Source of the DNA: Auanema rhodensis
Taxonomy: Eukaryota > Animalia > Nematoda
Assembly: GCA_964057225.1 (NCBI GenBank)
Contig: OZ059898.1
Location: 21,080,001-21,144,000, forward strand
DNA: 64,000 bases
Direction: 5' to 3'
Shown here piece after piece: positions 1 to 13,938 of this stretch. A program made the position numbers and the translations under genes. The number at the start of each line of letters is the position of its first letter. Within the stretch, counting starts at the first letter, position 1. The notes under the pieces are model-generated. The model had not been told where the DNA came from. It worked only from the letters and a program-made list of their open reading frames with translations, and did not search any database.

Positions 1-29
1 CTAAAAACAAATTTTTATTGATATTGGTG

Positions 30-42
30 CATGGTAACCATG
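30..42. other. Dyad CATGGT-A-ACCATG, repeated in nearly every monomer
   Basis: 6-bp arms around a single base; it extends to 7-bp arms (TCATGGT-A-ACCATGA) in T-allele monomers. Confidence 0.7.
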
Positions 43-116
43 ACTTTGAAATTTACGTGAACTTTAATTTATGCTAATTAAATGTACACGTGATGTGCAC
101 TTGGTATGTAACTCGC

Positions 117-126
117 TTCACGTGAA
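117..126. other. Perfect palindrome TTCACGTGAA (CACGTG E-box/G-box core), repeated in nearly every monomer
   Basis: Read directly. A second CACGTG lies at monomer 87-92 and TACGTG at 54-59. Protein binding is not demonstrated. Confidence 0.6.
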
Positions 127-3100
127 AGATAAAGAGATGCGGTTTTCAAAATTAGATTCCCCATGTCCATATTAGTCTAAAAACAAATTTTTATTGATAT
201 TGGTGCATGGTAACCATGACTTTGAAATTTACGTGAACTTTAATTTATGCTAATTAAATGTACACGTGATGTGCACTTGGTATGTAACTCGCTTCACGTG
301 AAAGATAAAGAGATGCGGTTTTCGAAATTAGATTCATCATGTCCATATTAGTCTAAAAACAAATTTTTATTGATATTGGTGCATGGTAACCATGACTTTG
401 AAATTTACGTGAACTTTAATTTATGCTTATTAAATGTACACGTGATGTGCACTTGGTATGTAACTCGCTTCACGTGAAAGATAAAGAGATGCGGTTTCCA
501 AAATTAGATTCCCCATGTACATATTAGTCTAAAAACAAATTTTTATTGATATTGGTTCATGGTAACCATGACTTTGAAATTTACGTGAACTTTAATTTAT
601 GCTAATTAAATGTACACGTGATGTGCACTTGGTATGTAACTCGCTGCACGTGAAAGATAAAGAGATGCGGTTTTCAAAATTAGATTCCCCATGTCCATAT
701 TAGTCTAAAAACAAATTTTTATTGATTTTGGTGCATGGTAACCATGACTTTGAAATTTACGTGAACTTTAATTTATGCTAATTAAATGTACACGTGATGT
801 GCACTTGGTATGTAACTCGCTTCACGTAAAAGATAAAGAGATGCGGTTTTCAAAGTTAGATTCCCCATGTCCATATTAGTCTAAAAACAAATTTTTATTG
901 ATATTGGTTCATGGTAACCATGACTTTGAAATTTACGTGAACTTTAATTTATGCTAATTAAATGTACACGTGATGTGCAATTGGTATGTAACTCGCTTCA
1001 CGTGAAAGATAAAGAGATGCGGTTTTCAAAATTAGATTCCCCATGTCCATATTAGTCTAAAAACAAATTTTTATTGATATTGGTGCATGGTAACCATGAC
1101 TTTGAAATTTACGTGAACTTTAATTTATGCTAATTAAATGTACACGTGATGTGCACTTGGTATGTAACTCGCTTCACGTGAAAGATAAAGAGATGCGGTT
1201 TTCAAAATTAGATTCCCCATGTCCATATTAGTCTAATAACAAATTTTTATTGATATTGGTTCATGGTAACCATGACTTTGAAATTTACGTGAACTTCAAT
1301 TTATGCTAATTAAATGTACACGTGATGTGCACTTGGTATGTAACTCGCTTCACGTGAAAGATAAAGAGATGCGGTTTTCAAAATTAGATTCCCCATGTCC
1401 ATATTAGTCTAAAAACAAATTTTTATTAATATTGGTGCATGGTAACCATGACTTTGAAATTTACGTGAACTTTAATTTATGCTAATTAAATGTACACGTG
1501 ATGTGCACTTGGTATGTAACTCGCTTCACGTGAAAGATAAAGAGATGCGGTTTTCAAAATTTGATTCCCCATGTCCATATTAGTCTAAAAACAATTTTTT
1601 ATTGATATTGGTGCATGGTAACCATGACTTTGAAATTTACGTGAACTTTAATTTATGCTAATTAAATGTACACGTGATGTGCACTTGGTATGTAACTCGC
1701 TTCACGTGAAAGATAAAGAGATGCGGTTTTCAAAATTTGATTCCCCATGTCCATATTAGTCTAAAAACAATTTTTTATTGATATTGGTGCATGGTAACCA
1801 TGACTTTGAAATTTACGTGAACTTTAATTTATGCTAATTAAATGTACACGTGATGTGCACTTGGTATGTAACTCGCTTCACGTGAAAGATAAAGAGATGC
1901 GGTTTTCAAAATTAGATTCATCATGTCCATATTAGTCTAAAAACAAATTTTCATTGATATTGGTTCATGGTAACCATGACTTTGAAATTTACGTGAACTT
2001 TAATTTATGCTAATTAAATGTACACGTGATGTGCAATTGGTATGTAACTCGCTTCACGTGAAAGATAAAGAGATGCGGTTTTCAAAATTAGATTCCCCAT
2101 GTCCATATTAGTCTAAAAACAAATTTTTATTGATATTGGTGCATGGTAACCATGACTTTGAAATTTACGTGAACTTTAATTTATGCTAATTAAATGTACA
2201 CGTGATGTGCACTTGGTATGTAACTCGCTTCACGTGAAAGATAAAGAGATGCGGTTTTCAAAATTAGATTCCCCATGTCCATATTAGTCTAATAACAAAT
2301 TTTTATTGATATTGGTTCATGGTAACCATGACTTTGAAATTTACGTGAACTTCAATTTATGCTAATTAAATGTACACGTGATGTGCACTTGGTATGTAAC
2401 TCGCTTCACGTGAAAGATAAAGAGATGCGGTTTTCAAAATTAGATTCCCCATGTCCATATTAGTCTAAAAACAAATTTTTATTAATATTGGTGCATGGTA
2501 ACCATGACTTTGAAATTTACGTGAACTTTAATTTATGCTAATTAAATGTACACGTGATGTGCACTTGGTATGTAACTCGCTTCACGTGAAAGATAAAGAG
2601 ATGCGGTTTTCAAAATTTGATTCCCCATGTCCATATTAGTCTAAAAACAATTTTTTATTGATATTGGTGCATGGTAACCATGACTTTGAAATTTACGTGA
2701 ACTTTAATTTATGCTAATTAAATGTACACGTGATGTGCACTTGGTATGTAACTCGCTTCACGTGAAAGATAAAGAGATGCGGTTTTCAAAATTAGATTCA
2801 TCATGTCCATATTAGTCTAAAAACAAATTTTTATTGATATTGGTGCATGGTAACCATGACTTTGAAATTTACGTGAACTTTAATTTATGCTAATTAAATG
2901 TACACGTGATGTGCACTTGGTATGTAACTCGCTTCACGTGAAAGATAAAGAGATGCGGTTTTCAAAAATAGATTCCCCATGTACATATTAGTCTAAAAAC
3001 AAATTTTTATTGATATTGGTTCATGGTAACCATGACTTTGAAATTAACGTGAACTTTAATTTATGCTAATTAAATGTACACGTGATGTGCACTTGGTATG

Positions 3101-6100
3101 TAACTCGCTTCACGTGAAAGATAAAGAGATACGGTTTTCAAAATTAGATTCCCCATGTCCATATTAGTCTAAAAACAAATTTTTATTGATATTGGTGCAT
3201 GGTAACCATGACTTTGAAATTTACGTGAACTTTAATTTATGCTAATTAAATGTACACGTGATGTGCACTTGGTATGTAACTCGCTTCACGTGAAAGATAA
3301 AGAGATGCGGTTTTCAAAATTTGATTCCCCATGTCCATATTAGTTTAAAAACAAATTTTCATTGATATTGGTTCATGGTAACCATGACTTTGAAATTTAC
3401 GTGAACTTTAATTTATGCTAATTAAATGTACACGTGATGTGCACTTGGTATGTAACTCGCTTCACGTGAAAGATAAAGAGATGCGGTTTTCAAAATTAGA
3501 TTCATCATGTCCATATTAGTCTAAAAACAAATTTTTATTGATATTGGTGCATGGTAACCATGACTTTGAATTTTACGTGAACTTTAATTTATGCTTATTA
3601 AATGTACACGTGATGTGCAATTGGTATGTAACTCGCTTCACGTGAAAGATAAAGAGATGCGGTTTTCAAAATTAGATTCATCATGTCCATATTAGTCTAA
3701 AAACAAATTTTTATTGATATTGGTGCATGGTAACCATGACTTTGAATTTTACGTGAACTTTAATTTATGCTTATTAAATGTACACGTGATGTGCAATTGG
3801 TATGTAACTCGCTTCACGTGAAAGATAAAGAGATGCGGTTTTCAAAAATAGATTCCCCATGTACATATTAGTCTAAAAACAAATTTTTATTGATATTGGT
3901 TCATGGTAACCATGACTTTGAAATTAACGTGAACTTTAATTTATGCTAATTAAATGTACACGTGATGTGCACTTGGTATGTAACTCGCTTCACGTGAAAG
4001 ATAAAGAGATGCGGTTTTCAAAATTTGATTCCCCATGTCCATATTAGTCTAAAAACAAATTTTCATTGATATTGGTTCATGGTAACCATGACTTTGAAAT
4101 TAACGTGAACTTTAATTTATGCTAATTAAATGTACACGTGATGTGCACTTGGTATGTAACTCGCTTCACGTGAAAGATAAAGAGATACGGTTTTCAAAAT
4201 TAGATTCCCCATGTCCATATTAGTCTAAAAACAAATTTTTATTGATATTGGTGCATGGTAACCATGACTTTGAAATTTACGTGAACTTTAATTTATGCTA
4301 ATTAAATGTACACGTGATGTGCACTTGGTATGTAACTCGCTTCACGTGAAAGATAAAGAGATGCGGTTTTCAAAATTAGATTCATCATGTCCATATTAGT
4401 CTAAAAACAAATTTTTATTGATATTGGTGCATGGTAACCATGACTTTGAATTTTACGTGAACTTTAATTTATGCTTATTAAATGTACACGTGATGTGCAA
4501 TTGGTATGTAACTCGCTTCACGTGAAAGATAAAGAGATGCGGTTTTCAAAAATAGATTCCCCATGTACATATTAGTCTAAAAACAAATTTTTATTGATAT
4601 TGGTTCATGGTAACCATGACTTTGAAATTAACGTGAACTTTAATTTATGCTAATTAAATGTACACGTGATGTGCACTTGGTATGTAACTCGCTTCACGTG
4701 AAAGATAAAGAGATACGGTTTTCAAAATTAGATTCCCCATGTCCATATTAGTCTAAAAACAAATTTTTATTGATATTGGTGCATGGTAACCATGACTTTG
4801 AAATTTACGTGAACTTTAATTTATGCTAATTAAATGTACACGTGATGTGCACTTGGTATGTAACTCGCTTCACGTGAAAGATAAAGAGATGCGGTTTTCA
4901 AAATTAGATTCCCCATGTCCATATTAGTCTAAAAACAAATTTTTATTGATATTGGTGCATGGTAACCATGACTTTGAAATTTACGTGAACTTTAATTCAT
5001 GCTAATTAAATGTACACGTGATGTGCACTTGGTATGTAACTCGCTTCACGTGAAAGATAAAGAGATGCGGTTTTCAAAATTTGATTCCCCATGTCCATAT
5101 TAGTCTAAAAACAATTTTTTATTGATATTGGTGCATGGTAACCATGACTTTGAAATTTACGTGAACTTTAATTTATGCTAATTAAATGTACACGTGATGT
5201 GCACTTGGTATGTAACTCGCTTCACGTGAAAGATAAAGAGATGCGGTTTTCAAAATTAGATTCATCATGTCCATATTAGTCTAAAAACAAATTTTTATTG
5301 ATATTGGTGCATGGTAACCATGACTTTGAAATTTACGTGAACTTTAATTTATGCTAATTAAATGTACACGTGATGTGCACTTGGTATGTAACTCGCTTCA
5401 CGTGAAAGATAAAGAGATGCGGTTTTCAAAATTCGATTCCCCATGTCCATATTAGTCTAAAAACAAATTTTTATTGATATTGGTTCATGGTAACCATGAC
5501 TTTGAAATTTACGTGAACTTTAATTTATGCTAATTAAATGTACACGTGATGTGCACTTGGTATGTAACTCGCTTCACGTGAAAGATAAAGAGATGCGGTT
5601 TTCAAAATTAGATTCATCATGTCCATATTAGTCTAAAAACAAATTTTTATTGATATTGGTGCATGGTAACCATGACTTTGAATTTTACGTGAACTTTAAT
5701 TTATGCTTATTAAATGTACACGTGATGTGCAATTGGTATGTAACTCGCTTCACGTGAAAGATAAAGAGATGCGGTTTTCAAAAATAGATTCCCCATGTAC
5801 ATATTAGTCTAAAAACAAATTTTTATTGATATTGGTTCATGGTAACCATGACTTTGAAATTAACGTGAACTTTAATTTATGCTAATTAAATGTACACGTG
5901 ATGTGCACTTGGTATGTAACTCGCTTCACGTGAAAGATAAAGAGATACGGTTTTCAAAATTAGATTCCCCATGTCCATATTAGTCTAAAAACAAATTTTT
6001 ATTGATATTGGTGCATGGTAACCATGACTTTGAAATTTACGTGAACTTTAATTTATGCTAATTAAATGTACACGTGATGTGCACTTGGTATGTAACTCGC

Positions 6101-9100
6101 TTCACGTGAAAGATAAAGAGATGCGGTTTTCAAAATTTGATTCCCCATGTCCATATTAGTCTAAAAACAAATTTTCATTGATATTGGTTCATGGTAACCA
6201 TGACTTTGAAATTTACGTGAACTTTAATTTATGCTAATTAAATGTACACGTGATGTGCTCTTGGTATGTAACTCGCTTCACGTGAAAGATAAAGAGATGC
6301 GGTTTTCAAAATTAGATTCCCCATGTCCATATTAGTCTAAAAACAAATTTTTATTGATATTGGTGCATGGTAACCATGACTTTGAAATTTACGTGAACTT
6401 TAATTCATGCTAATTAAATGTACACGTGATGTGCACTTGGTATGTAACTCGCTTCACGTGAAAGATAAAGAGATGCGGTTTTCAAAATTTGATTCCCCAT
6501 GTCCATATTAGTCTAAAAACAAATTTTCATTGATATTGGTTCATGGTAACCATGACTTTGAAATTTACGTGAACTTTAATTTATGCTAATTGAATGTACA
6601 CGTGATGTGCACTTGGTATGTAACTCGCTTCACGTGAAAGATAAAGAGATGCAGTTTTCAAAATTAGATTCATCATGTCCATATTAGTCTAAAAACAAAT
6701 TTTTATTGATATTGGTGCATGGTAACCATGACTTTGAAATTTACGTGAACTTTAATTTATGCTTATTAAATGTACACGTGATGTGCACTTGGTATGTAAC
6801 TCGCTTCACGTGAAAGATAAAGAGATGCGGTTTTCAAAATTAGATTCCCCATGTCCATATTAGTCTAAAAACAAATTTTTATTGATATTGGTGCATGGTA
6901 ACCATGACTTTGAAATTTACGTGAACTTTAATTTATGCTAATTAAATGTACACGTGATGTGCACTTGGTATGTAACTCGCTTCACGTGAAAGATAAAGAG
7001 ATACGGTTTTCAAAATTAGATTCCCCATGTCCATATTAGTCTAAAAACAAATTTTCATTGATATTGGTTCATGGTAACCATGACTTTGAAATTAACGTGA
7101 ACTTTAATTTATGCTAATTAAATGTACACGTGATGTGCACTTGGTATGTAACTCGCTTCACGTGAAAGATAAAGAGATACGGTTTTCAAAATTAGATTCC
7201 CCATGTCCATATTAGTCTAAAAACAAATTTTCATTGATATTGGTTCATGGTAACCATGACTTTGAAATTAACGTGAACTTTAATTTATGCTAATTAAATG
7301 TACACGTGATGTGCACTTGGTATGTAACTCGCTTCACGTGAAAGATAAAGAGATACGGTTTTCAAAATTAGATTCCCCATGTCCATATTAGTCTAAAAAC
7401 AAATTTTTATTGATATTGGTGCATGGTAACCATGACTTTGAAATTTACGTGAACTTTAATTTATGCTAATTAAATGTACACGTGATGTGCACTTGGTATG
7501 TAACTCGCTTCACGTGAAAGATAAAGAGATGCGGTTTTGAAAATTAGATTCCCCATGTCCATATTAGTCTAAAAACAAATTTTTATTGATATTGGTGCAT
7601 GGTAACCATGACTTTGAAATTTACGTGAACTTTAATTTATGCTAATTAAATGTACACGTGATGTGCACTTGGTATGTAACTCGCTTCACGTGAAAGATAA
7701 AGAGATGCGGTTTTCAAAATTAGATTCCCCATGTCCATATTAGTCTAAAAACAAATTTTTATTGATATTGGTGCATGGTAACCATGACTTTGAAATTTAC
7801 GTGAACTTTAATTTATGCTAATTAAATGTACACGTGATGTGCACTTGGTATGTAACTCGCTTCACGTGAAAGATAAAGAGATGCGGTTTTCGAAATTAGA
7901 TTCATCATGTCCATATTAGTCTAAAAACAAATTTTTATTGATATTGGTGCATGGTAACCATGACTTTGAAATTTACGTGAACTTTAATTTATGCTTATTA
8001 AATGTACACGTGATGTGCACTTGGTATGTAACTCGCTTCACGTGAAAGATAAAGAGATGCGGTTTTCAAAATTAGATTCCCCATGTACATATTAGTCTAA
8101 AAACAAATTTTTATTGATATTGGTTCATGGTAACCATGACTTTGAAATTTACGTGAACTTTAATTTATGCTAATTAAATGTACACGTGATGTGCACTTGG
8201 TATGTAACTCGCTTCACGTGAAAGATAAAGAGATGCGGTTTTCAAAATTAGATTCCCCATGTCCATATTAGTCTAAAAACAAATTTTTATTGATATTGGT
8301 TCATGGTAACCATGACTTTGAAATTTACGTGAACTTTAATTTATGCTAATTAAATGTACACGTGATGTGCACTTGGTATGTAACTCGCTTCACGTGAAAG
8401 ATAAAGAGATGCGGTTTTCAAAATTAGATTCCCCATGTCCATATTAGTCTAAAAACAAATTTTTATTGATATTGCTTTATGGTAACCATGACTTTGAAAT
8501 TTACGTGAACTTTAATTTATGCTAATTAAATGTACACGTGATGTGCACTTGGTATGTAACTCGCTTCACGTGAAAGATAAAGAGATGCGGTTTTCAAAAT
8601 TAGATTCCCCATGTCCATATTAGTCTAAAAACAAATTTTTATTGATTTTGGTGCATGGTAACCATGACTTTGAAATTTACGTGAACTTTAATTTATGCTA
8701 ATTAAATGTACACGTGATGTGCACTTGGTATGTAACTCGCTTCACGTAAAAGATAAAGAGATGCGGTTTTCAAAATTAGATTCCCCATGTCCATATTAGT
8801 CTAAAAACAAATTTTTATTGATATTGGTTCATGGTAACCATGACTTTGAAATTTACGTGAACTTTAATTTATGCTAATTAAATGTACACGTGATGTGCAA
8901 TTGGTATGTAACTCGCTTCACGTGAAAGATAAAGAGATGCGGTTTTCAAAATTAGATTCCCCATGTCCATATTAGTCTAAAAACAAATTTTTATTGATAT
9001 TGGTGCATGGTAACCATGACTTTGAAATTTACGTGAACTTTAATTTATGCTAATTAAATGTACACGTGATGTGCACTTGGTATGTAACTCGCTTCACGTG

Positions 9101-11776
9101 AAAGATAAAGAGATGCGGTTTTCAAAATTAGATTCCCCATGTCCATATTAGTCTAATAACAAATTTTTATTGATATTGGTTCATGGTAACCATGACTTTG
9201 AAATTTACGTGAACTTCAATTTATGCTAATTAAATGTACACGTGATGTGCACTTGGTATGTAACTCGCTTCACGTGAAAGATAAAGAGATGCGGTTTTCA
9301 AAATTAGATTCCCCATGTCCATATTAGTCTAAAAACAAATTTTTATTGATATTGGTGCATGGTAACCATGACTTTGAAATTTACGTGAACTTTAATTTAT
9401 GCTAATTAAATGTACACGTGATGTGCACTTGGTATGTAACTCGCTTCACGTGAAAGATAAAGAGATGCGGTTTTCAAAATTTGATTCCCCATGTCCATAT
9501 TAGTCTAAAAACAATTTTTTATTGATATTGGTGCATGGTAACCATGACTTTGAAATTTACGTGAACTTTAATTTATGCTAATTAAATGTACACGTGATGT
9601 GCACTTGGTATGTAACTCGCTTCACGTGAAAGATAAAGAGATGCGGTTTTCAAAATTTGATTCCCCATGTCCATATTAGTCTAAAAACAATTTTTTATTG
9701 ATATTGGTGCATGGTAACCATGACTTTGAAATTTACGTGAACTTTAATTTATGCTAATTAAATGTACACGTGATGTGCACTTGGTATGTAACTCGCTTCA
9801 CGTGAAAGATAAAGAGATGCGGTTTTCAAAATTAGATTCATCATGTCCATATTAGTCTAAAAACAATTTTTTATTGATATTGGTGCATGGTAACCATGAC
9901 TTTGAAATTTACGTGAACTTTAATTTATGCTAATTAAATGTACACGTGATGTGCACTTGGTATGTAACTCGCTTCACGTGAAAGATAAAGAGATGCGGTT
10001 TTCAAAATTTGATTCCCCATGTCCATATTAGTCTAAAAACAAATTTTCATTGATATTGGTTCATGGTAACCATGACTTTGAAATTTACGTGAACTTTAAT
10101 TTATGCTAATTAAATGTACACGTGATGTGCACTTGGTATGTAACTCGCTTCACGTGAAAGATAAAGAGATGCGGTTTTCAAAATTAGATTCATCATGTCC
10201 ATATTAGTCTAAAAACAAATTTTTATTGATATTGGTGCATGGTAACCATGACTTTGAAATTTACGTGAACTTTAATTTATGCTTATTAAATGTACACGTG
10301 ATGTGCAATTGGTATGTAACTCGCTTCACGTGAAAGATAAAGAGATGCGGTTTTCAAAAATAGATTCCCCATGTACATATTAGTCTAAAAACAAATTTTT
10401 ATTGATATTGGTTCATGGTAACCATGACTTTGAAATTAACGTGAACTTTAATTTATGCTAATTAAATGTACACGTGATGTGCACTTGGTATGTAACTCGC
10501 TTCACGTGAAAGATAAAGAGATACGGTTTTCAAAATTAGATTCCCCATGTCCATATTAGTCTAAAAACAAATTTTTATTGATATTGGTGCATGGTAACCA
10601 TGACTTTGAAATTTACGTGAACTTTAATTTATGCTAATTAAATGTACACGTGATGTGCACTTGGTATGTAACTCGCTTCACGTGAAAGATAAAGAGATGC
10701 GGTTTTCAAAATTAGATTCCCCATGTCCATATTAGTCTAAAAACAAATTTTTATTGATATTGGTGCATGGTAACCATGACTTTGAAATTTACGTGAACTT
10801 TAATTTATGCTAATTAAATGTACACGTGATGTGCACTTGGTATGTAACTCGCTTCACGTGAAAGATAAAGAGATGCGGTTTTCAAAATTAGATTCCCCAT
10901 GTCCATATTAGTCTAAAAACAAATTTTTATTGATTTTGGTGCATGGTAACCATGACTTTGAAATTTACGTGAACTTTAATTTATGCTAATTAAATGTACA
11001 CGTGATGTGCACTTGGTATGTAACTCGCTTCACGTAAAAGATAAAGAGATGCGGTTTTCAAAATTAGATTCCCCATGTCCATATTAGTCTAAAAACAAAT
11101 TTTTATTGATATTGGTTCATGGTAACCATGACTTTGAAATTTACGTGAACTTCAATTTATGCTAATTAAATGTACACGTGATGTGCACTTGGTATGTAAC
11201 TCGCTGCACGTGAAAGATGAAGAGATGCGGTTTTCAAAATTAGATTCCCTATGTCCATATTAGTCTAAAAACAAATTTTTATTGATATTGGTTCATGGTA
11301 ACCATGACTTTGAAATTTACGTGAACTTTAATTTATGCTAATTAAATGTACACGTGATGTGCACTTGGTATGTAACTCGCTTCACGTGAAAGATAAAGAG
11401 ATGCGGTTTTCAAAATTAGATTCTTCATGTCCATATTAGTCTAAAAACAAATTTTTATTGATATTGGTTCATGGTGACCATGACTTTGAAATTTACGTGA
11501 ACTTTAATTTATGCTAATTAAATGTACACGTGATGTGCAATTGGTATGTAACTCGCTTCACGTGAAAGATAAAGAGATGCGGTTTTCAAAATTAGATTCC
11601 CCATGTCCATATTAGTCTAAAAACAAATTTTTGTTGATATTGGTGCATGGTAACCATGACTTTGAAATTTACGTGAACTTTAATTTATGCTAATTAAATG
11701 TACACGTGATGTGCACTTGGTATGTAACTCGCTTCACGTGAAAGATAAAGAGATGCGGTTTTCGAAATTAGATTCC

Positions 11777-11827
11777 CCATGTCCATATTAGTCTAAAAAC
11801 AAATTTTTAGACTAATATGGATCATGG
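11777..11827. other. Perfect 18-bp inverted repeat (4-nt loop), copy 1; 177-bp monomer
   Basis: tccatattagtctaaaaa (11782-11799) - caaa - tttttagactaatatgga (11804-11821), flanked by ccatg / t-catgg. Confidence 0.97.
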
Positions 11828-13889
11828 TAACCATGACTTTGAAATTTACGTGAACTTCAATTTATGCTAATTAAATGTACACGTGATGTGCACTTGGTAT
11901 GTAACTCGCTTCACGTGAAAGATAAAGAGATGCGGTTTTCAAAATTTGTTTCCCCATGTCCATATTAGTCTAAAAACAAATTTTCATTGATATTGGTTCA
12001 TGGTAACCATGACTTTGAAAATTACGTGAACTTCAATTTATGCTAATTAAATGTACACGTGATGTGCACTTGGTATGTAACTCGCTTCACGTGAAAGATG
12101 AAGAGATGCGGTTTTCAAAATTAGATTCCCTATGTCCATATTAGTCTAAAAACAAATTTTTATTGATATTGGTTCATGGTAACCATGACTTTGAAATTTA
12201 CGTGAACTTTAATTTATGCTAATTAAATGTACACGTGATGTGCACTTGGTATGTAACTCGCTTCACGTGAAAGATAAAGAGATGCGGTTTTCAAAATTAG
12301 ATTCCCCATGTCCATATTAGTCTAAAAACAAATTTTTATTGATATTGGTGCATGGTAACCATGACTTTGAAATTTACGTGAACTTTAATTTATGCTAATT
12401 AAATGTACACGTGATGTGCCCTTGGTATGTAACTCGCTTCACGTGAAAGATAAAGAGATGCGGTTTTCAAAATTAGATTCCCCATGTCCATATTAGTCTA
12501 AAAACAATTTTTTATTGATATTGGTGCATGGTAACCATGACTTTGAAATTTACGTGAACTTTAATTTATGCTAATTAAATGTACACGTGATGTGCACTTG
12601 GTATGTAACTCGCTTCACGTGAAAGATAAAGAGATGCGGTTTTCAAAATTAGATTCCCTATGTCCATATTAGTCTAAAAACAAATTTTTATTGATATTGG
12701 TTCATGGTAACCATGACTTTGAAATTTACGTGAACTTTAATTTATGCTAATTAAATGTACACGTGATGTGCAATTGGTATGTAACTCGCTTCACGTGAAA
12801 GATAAAGAGATGCGGTTTTCAAAATTAGATTCCCCATGTCCATATTAGTCTAAAAACAAATTTTTATTGATATTGGTGCATGGTAACCATGACTTTGAAA
12901 TTTACGTGAACTTTAATTTATGCTAATTAAATGTACACGTGATGAGCACTTGGTATGTAACTCGCTTCACGTGAAAGATAAAGAGATGCGGTTTTCAAAA
13001 TTAGATTCCCCATGTCCATATTAGTCTAATAACAAATTTTTATTGATATTGGTTCATGGTAACCATGACTTTGAAATTTACGTGAACTTCAATTTATGCT
13101 AATTAAATGTACACGTGATGTGCACTTGGTATGTAACTCGCTTCACGTGAAAGATGAAGAGATGCGGTTTTCAAAATTAGATTCCCTATGTCCATATTAG
13201 TCTAAAAACAAATTTTTATTGATATTGGTTCATGGTAACCATGACTTTGAAATTTACGTGAACTTTAATTTATGCTAATTAAATGTACACGTGATGTGCA
13301 CTTGGTATGTAACTCGCTTCACGTGAAAGATAAAGAGATGCGGTTTTCAAAATTAGATTCCCCATGTCCATATTAGTCTAAAAACAAATTTTTATTGATA
13401 TTGGTGCATGGTAACCATGACTTTGAAATTTACGTGAACTTTAATTTATGCTAATTAAATGTACACGTGATGTGCCCTTGGTATGTAACTCGCTTCACGT
13501 GAAAGATAAAGAGATGCGGTTTTCAAAATTAGATTCCCCATGTCCATATTAGTCTAAAAACAATTTTTTATTGATATTGGTGCATGGTAACCATGACTTT
13601 GAAATTTACGTGAACTTTAATTTATGCTAATTAAATGTACACGTGATGTGCACTTGGTATGTAACTCGCTTCACGTGAAAGATAAAGAGATGCGGTTTTC
13701 AAAATTAGATTCCCCATGTCCATATTAGTCTAAAAACAAATTTTTGTTGATATTGGTGCATGGTAACCATGACTTTGAAATTTACGTGAACTTTAATTTA
13801 TGCTAATTAAATGTACACGTGATGTGCACTTGGTATGTAACTCGCTTCACGTGAAAGATAAAGAGATGCGGTTTTCAAAATTAGATTCC

Positions 13890-13938
13890 CCATGTCCATA
13901 TCCAAATTTACAAATTTTTAGACTAATATGGATCATGG
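13890..13938. other. Hairpin-type right arm with disrupted left arm (net -1 bp)
   Basis: ccatgtccatatccaaatttacaaatttttagactaatatggatcatgg: the right arm is the converted type; left-arm tagtctaaaa is replaced by ccaaattt. Confidence 0.93.

Larger units (their letters stand above)
1..176 (+). repeat. Reference monomer (consensus-type, G allele at position 29)
   Basis: First full unit; it matches the majority base at every position inspected. About 32% GC, with 5 CpGs (positions 56, 89, 114, 121, 140). Confidence 0.97.
1..11088. repeat. Variant domain A (monomers 1-63), the most SNP-rich part
   Basis: Private or enriched variants: ttcATcatg, ttttCattg, gctTatt, aattAacg, gatAcgg, aaatagattc, gtAcatatt, attTgattcc. 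Most disappear after about 10.5-12 kb. Confidence 0.85.

Noticed and set aside
108-145. CENP-B box
   Set aside because: No match to the TTCG-NNNN-A-NN-CGGG core on either strand.
1-176. Assignment to a known satellite of similar length (Brassica CentBr 176 bp, Arabidopsis CEN178/180, primate alpha satellite 171 bp)
   Set aside because: Only the length is similar; the sequence does not resemble those consensuses as I recall them. A BLASTN/Dfam/Repbase search of the monomer is needed to identify family and species.
1-176. Tandem 5S rRNA, tRNA, snRNA or spliced-leader gene array
   Set aside because: No recognisable conserved RNA sequence, cloverleaf or Pol III A/B/C boxes.
11782-11821. Hairpin as MITE/transposon terminal inverted repeat, intrinsic terminator or array inversion
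   Set aside because: Both arms derive from the monomer's own sequence, the net gain is 1 bp, there is no target-site duplication, the stem is AT-rich with no upstream gene, and array orientation is unchanged on both sides.
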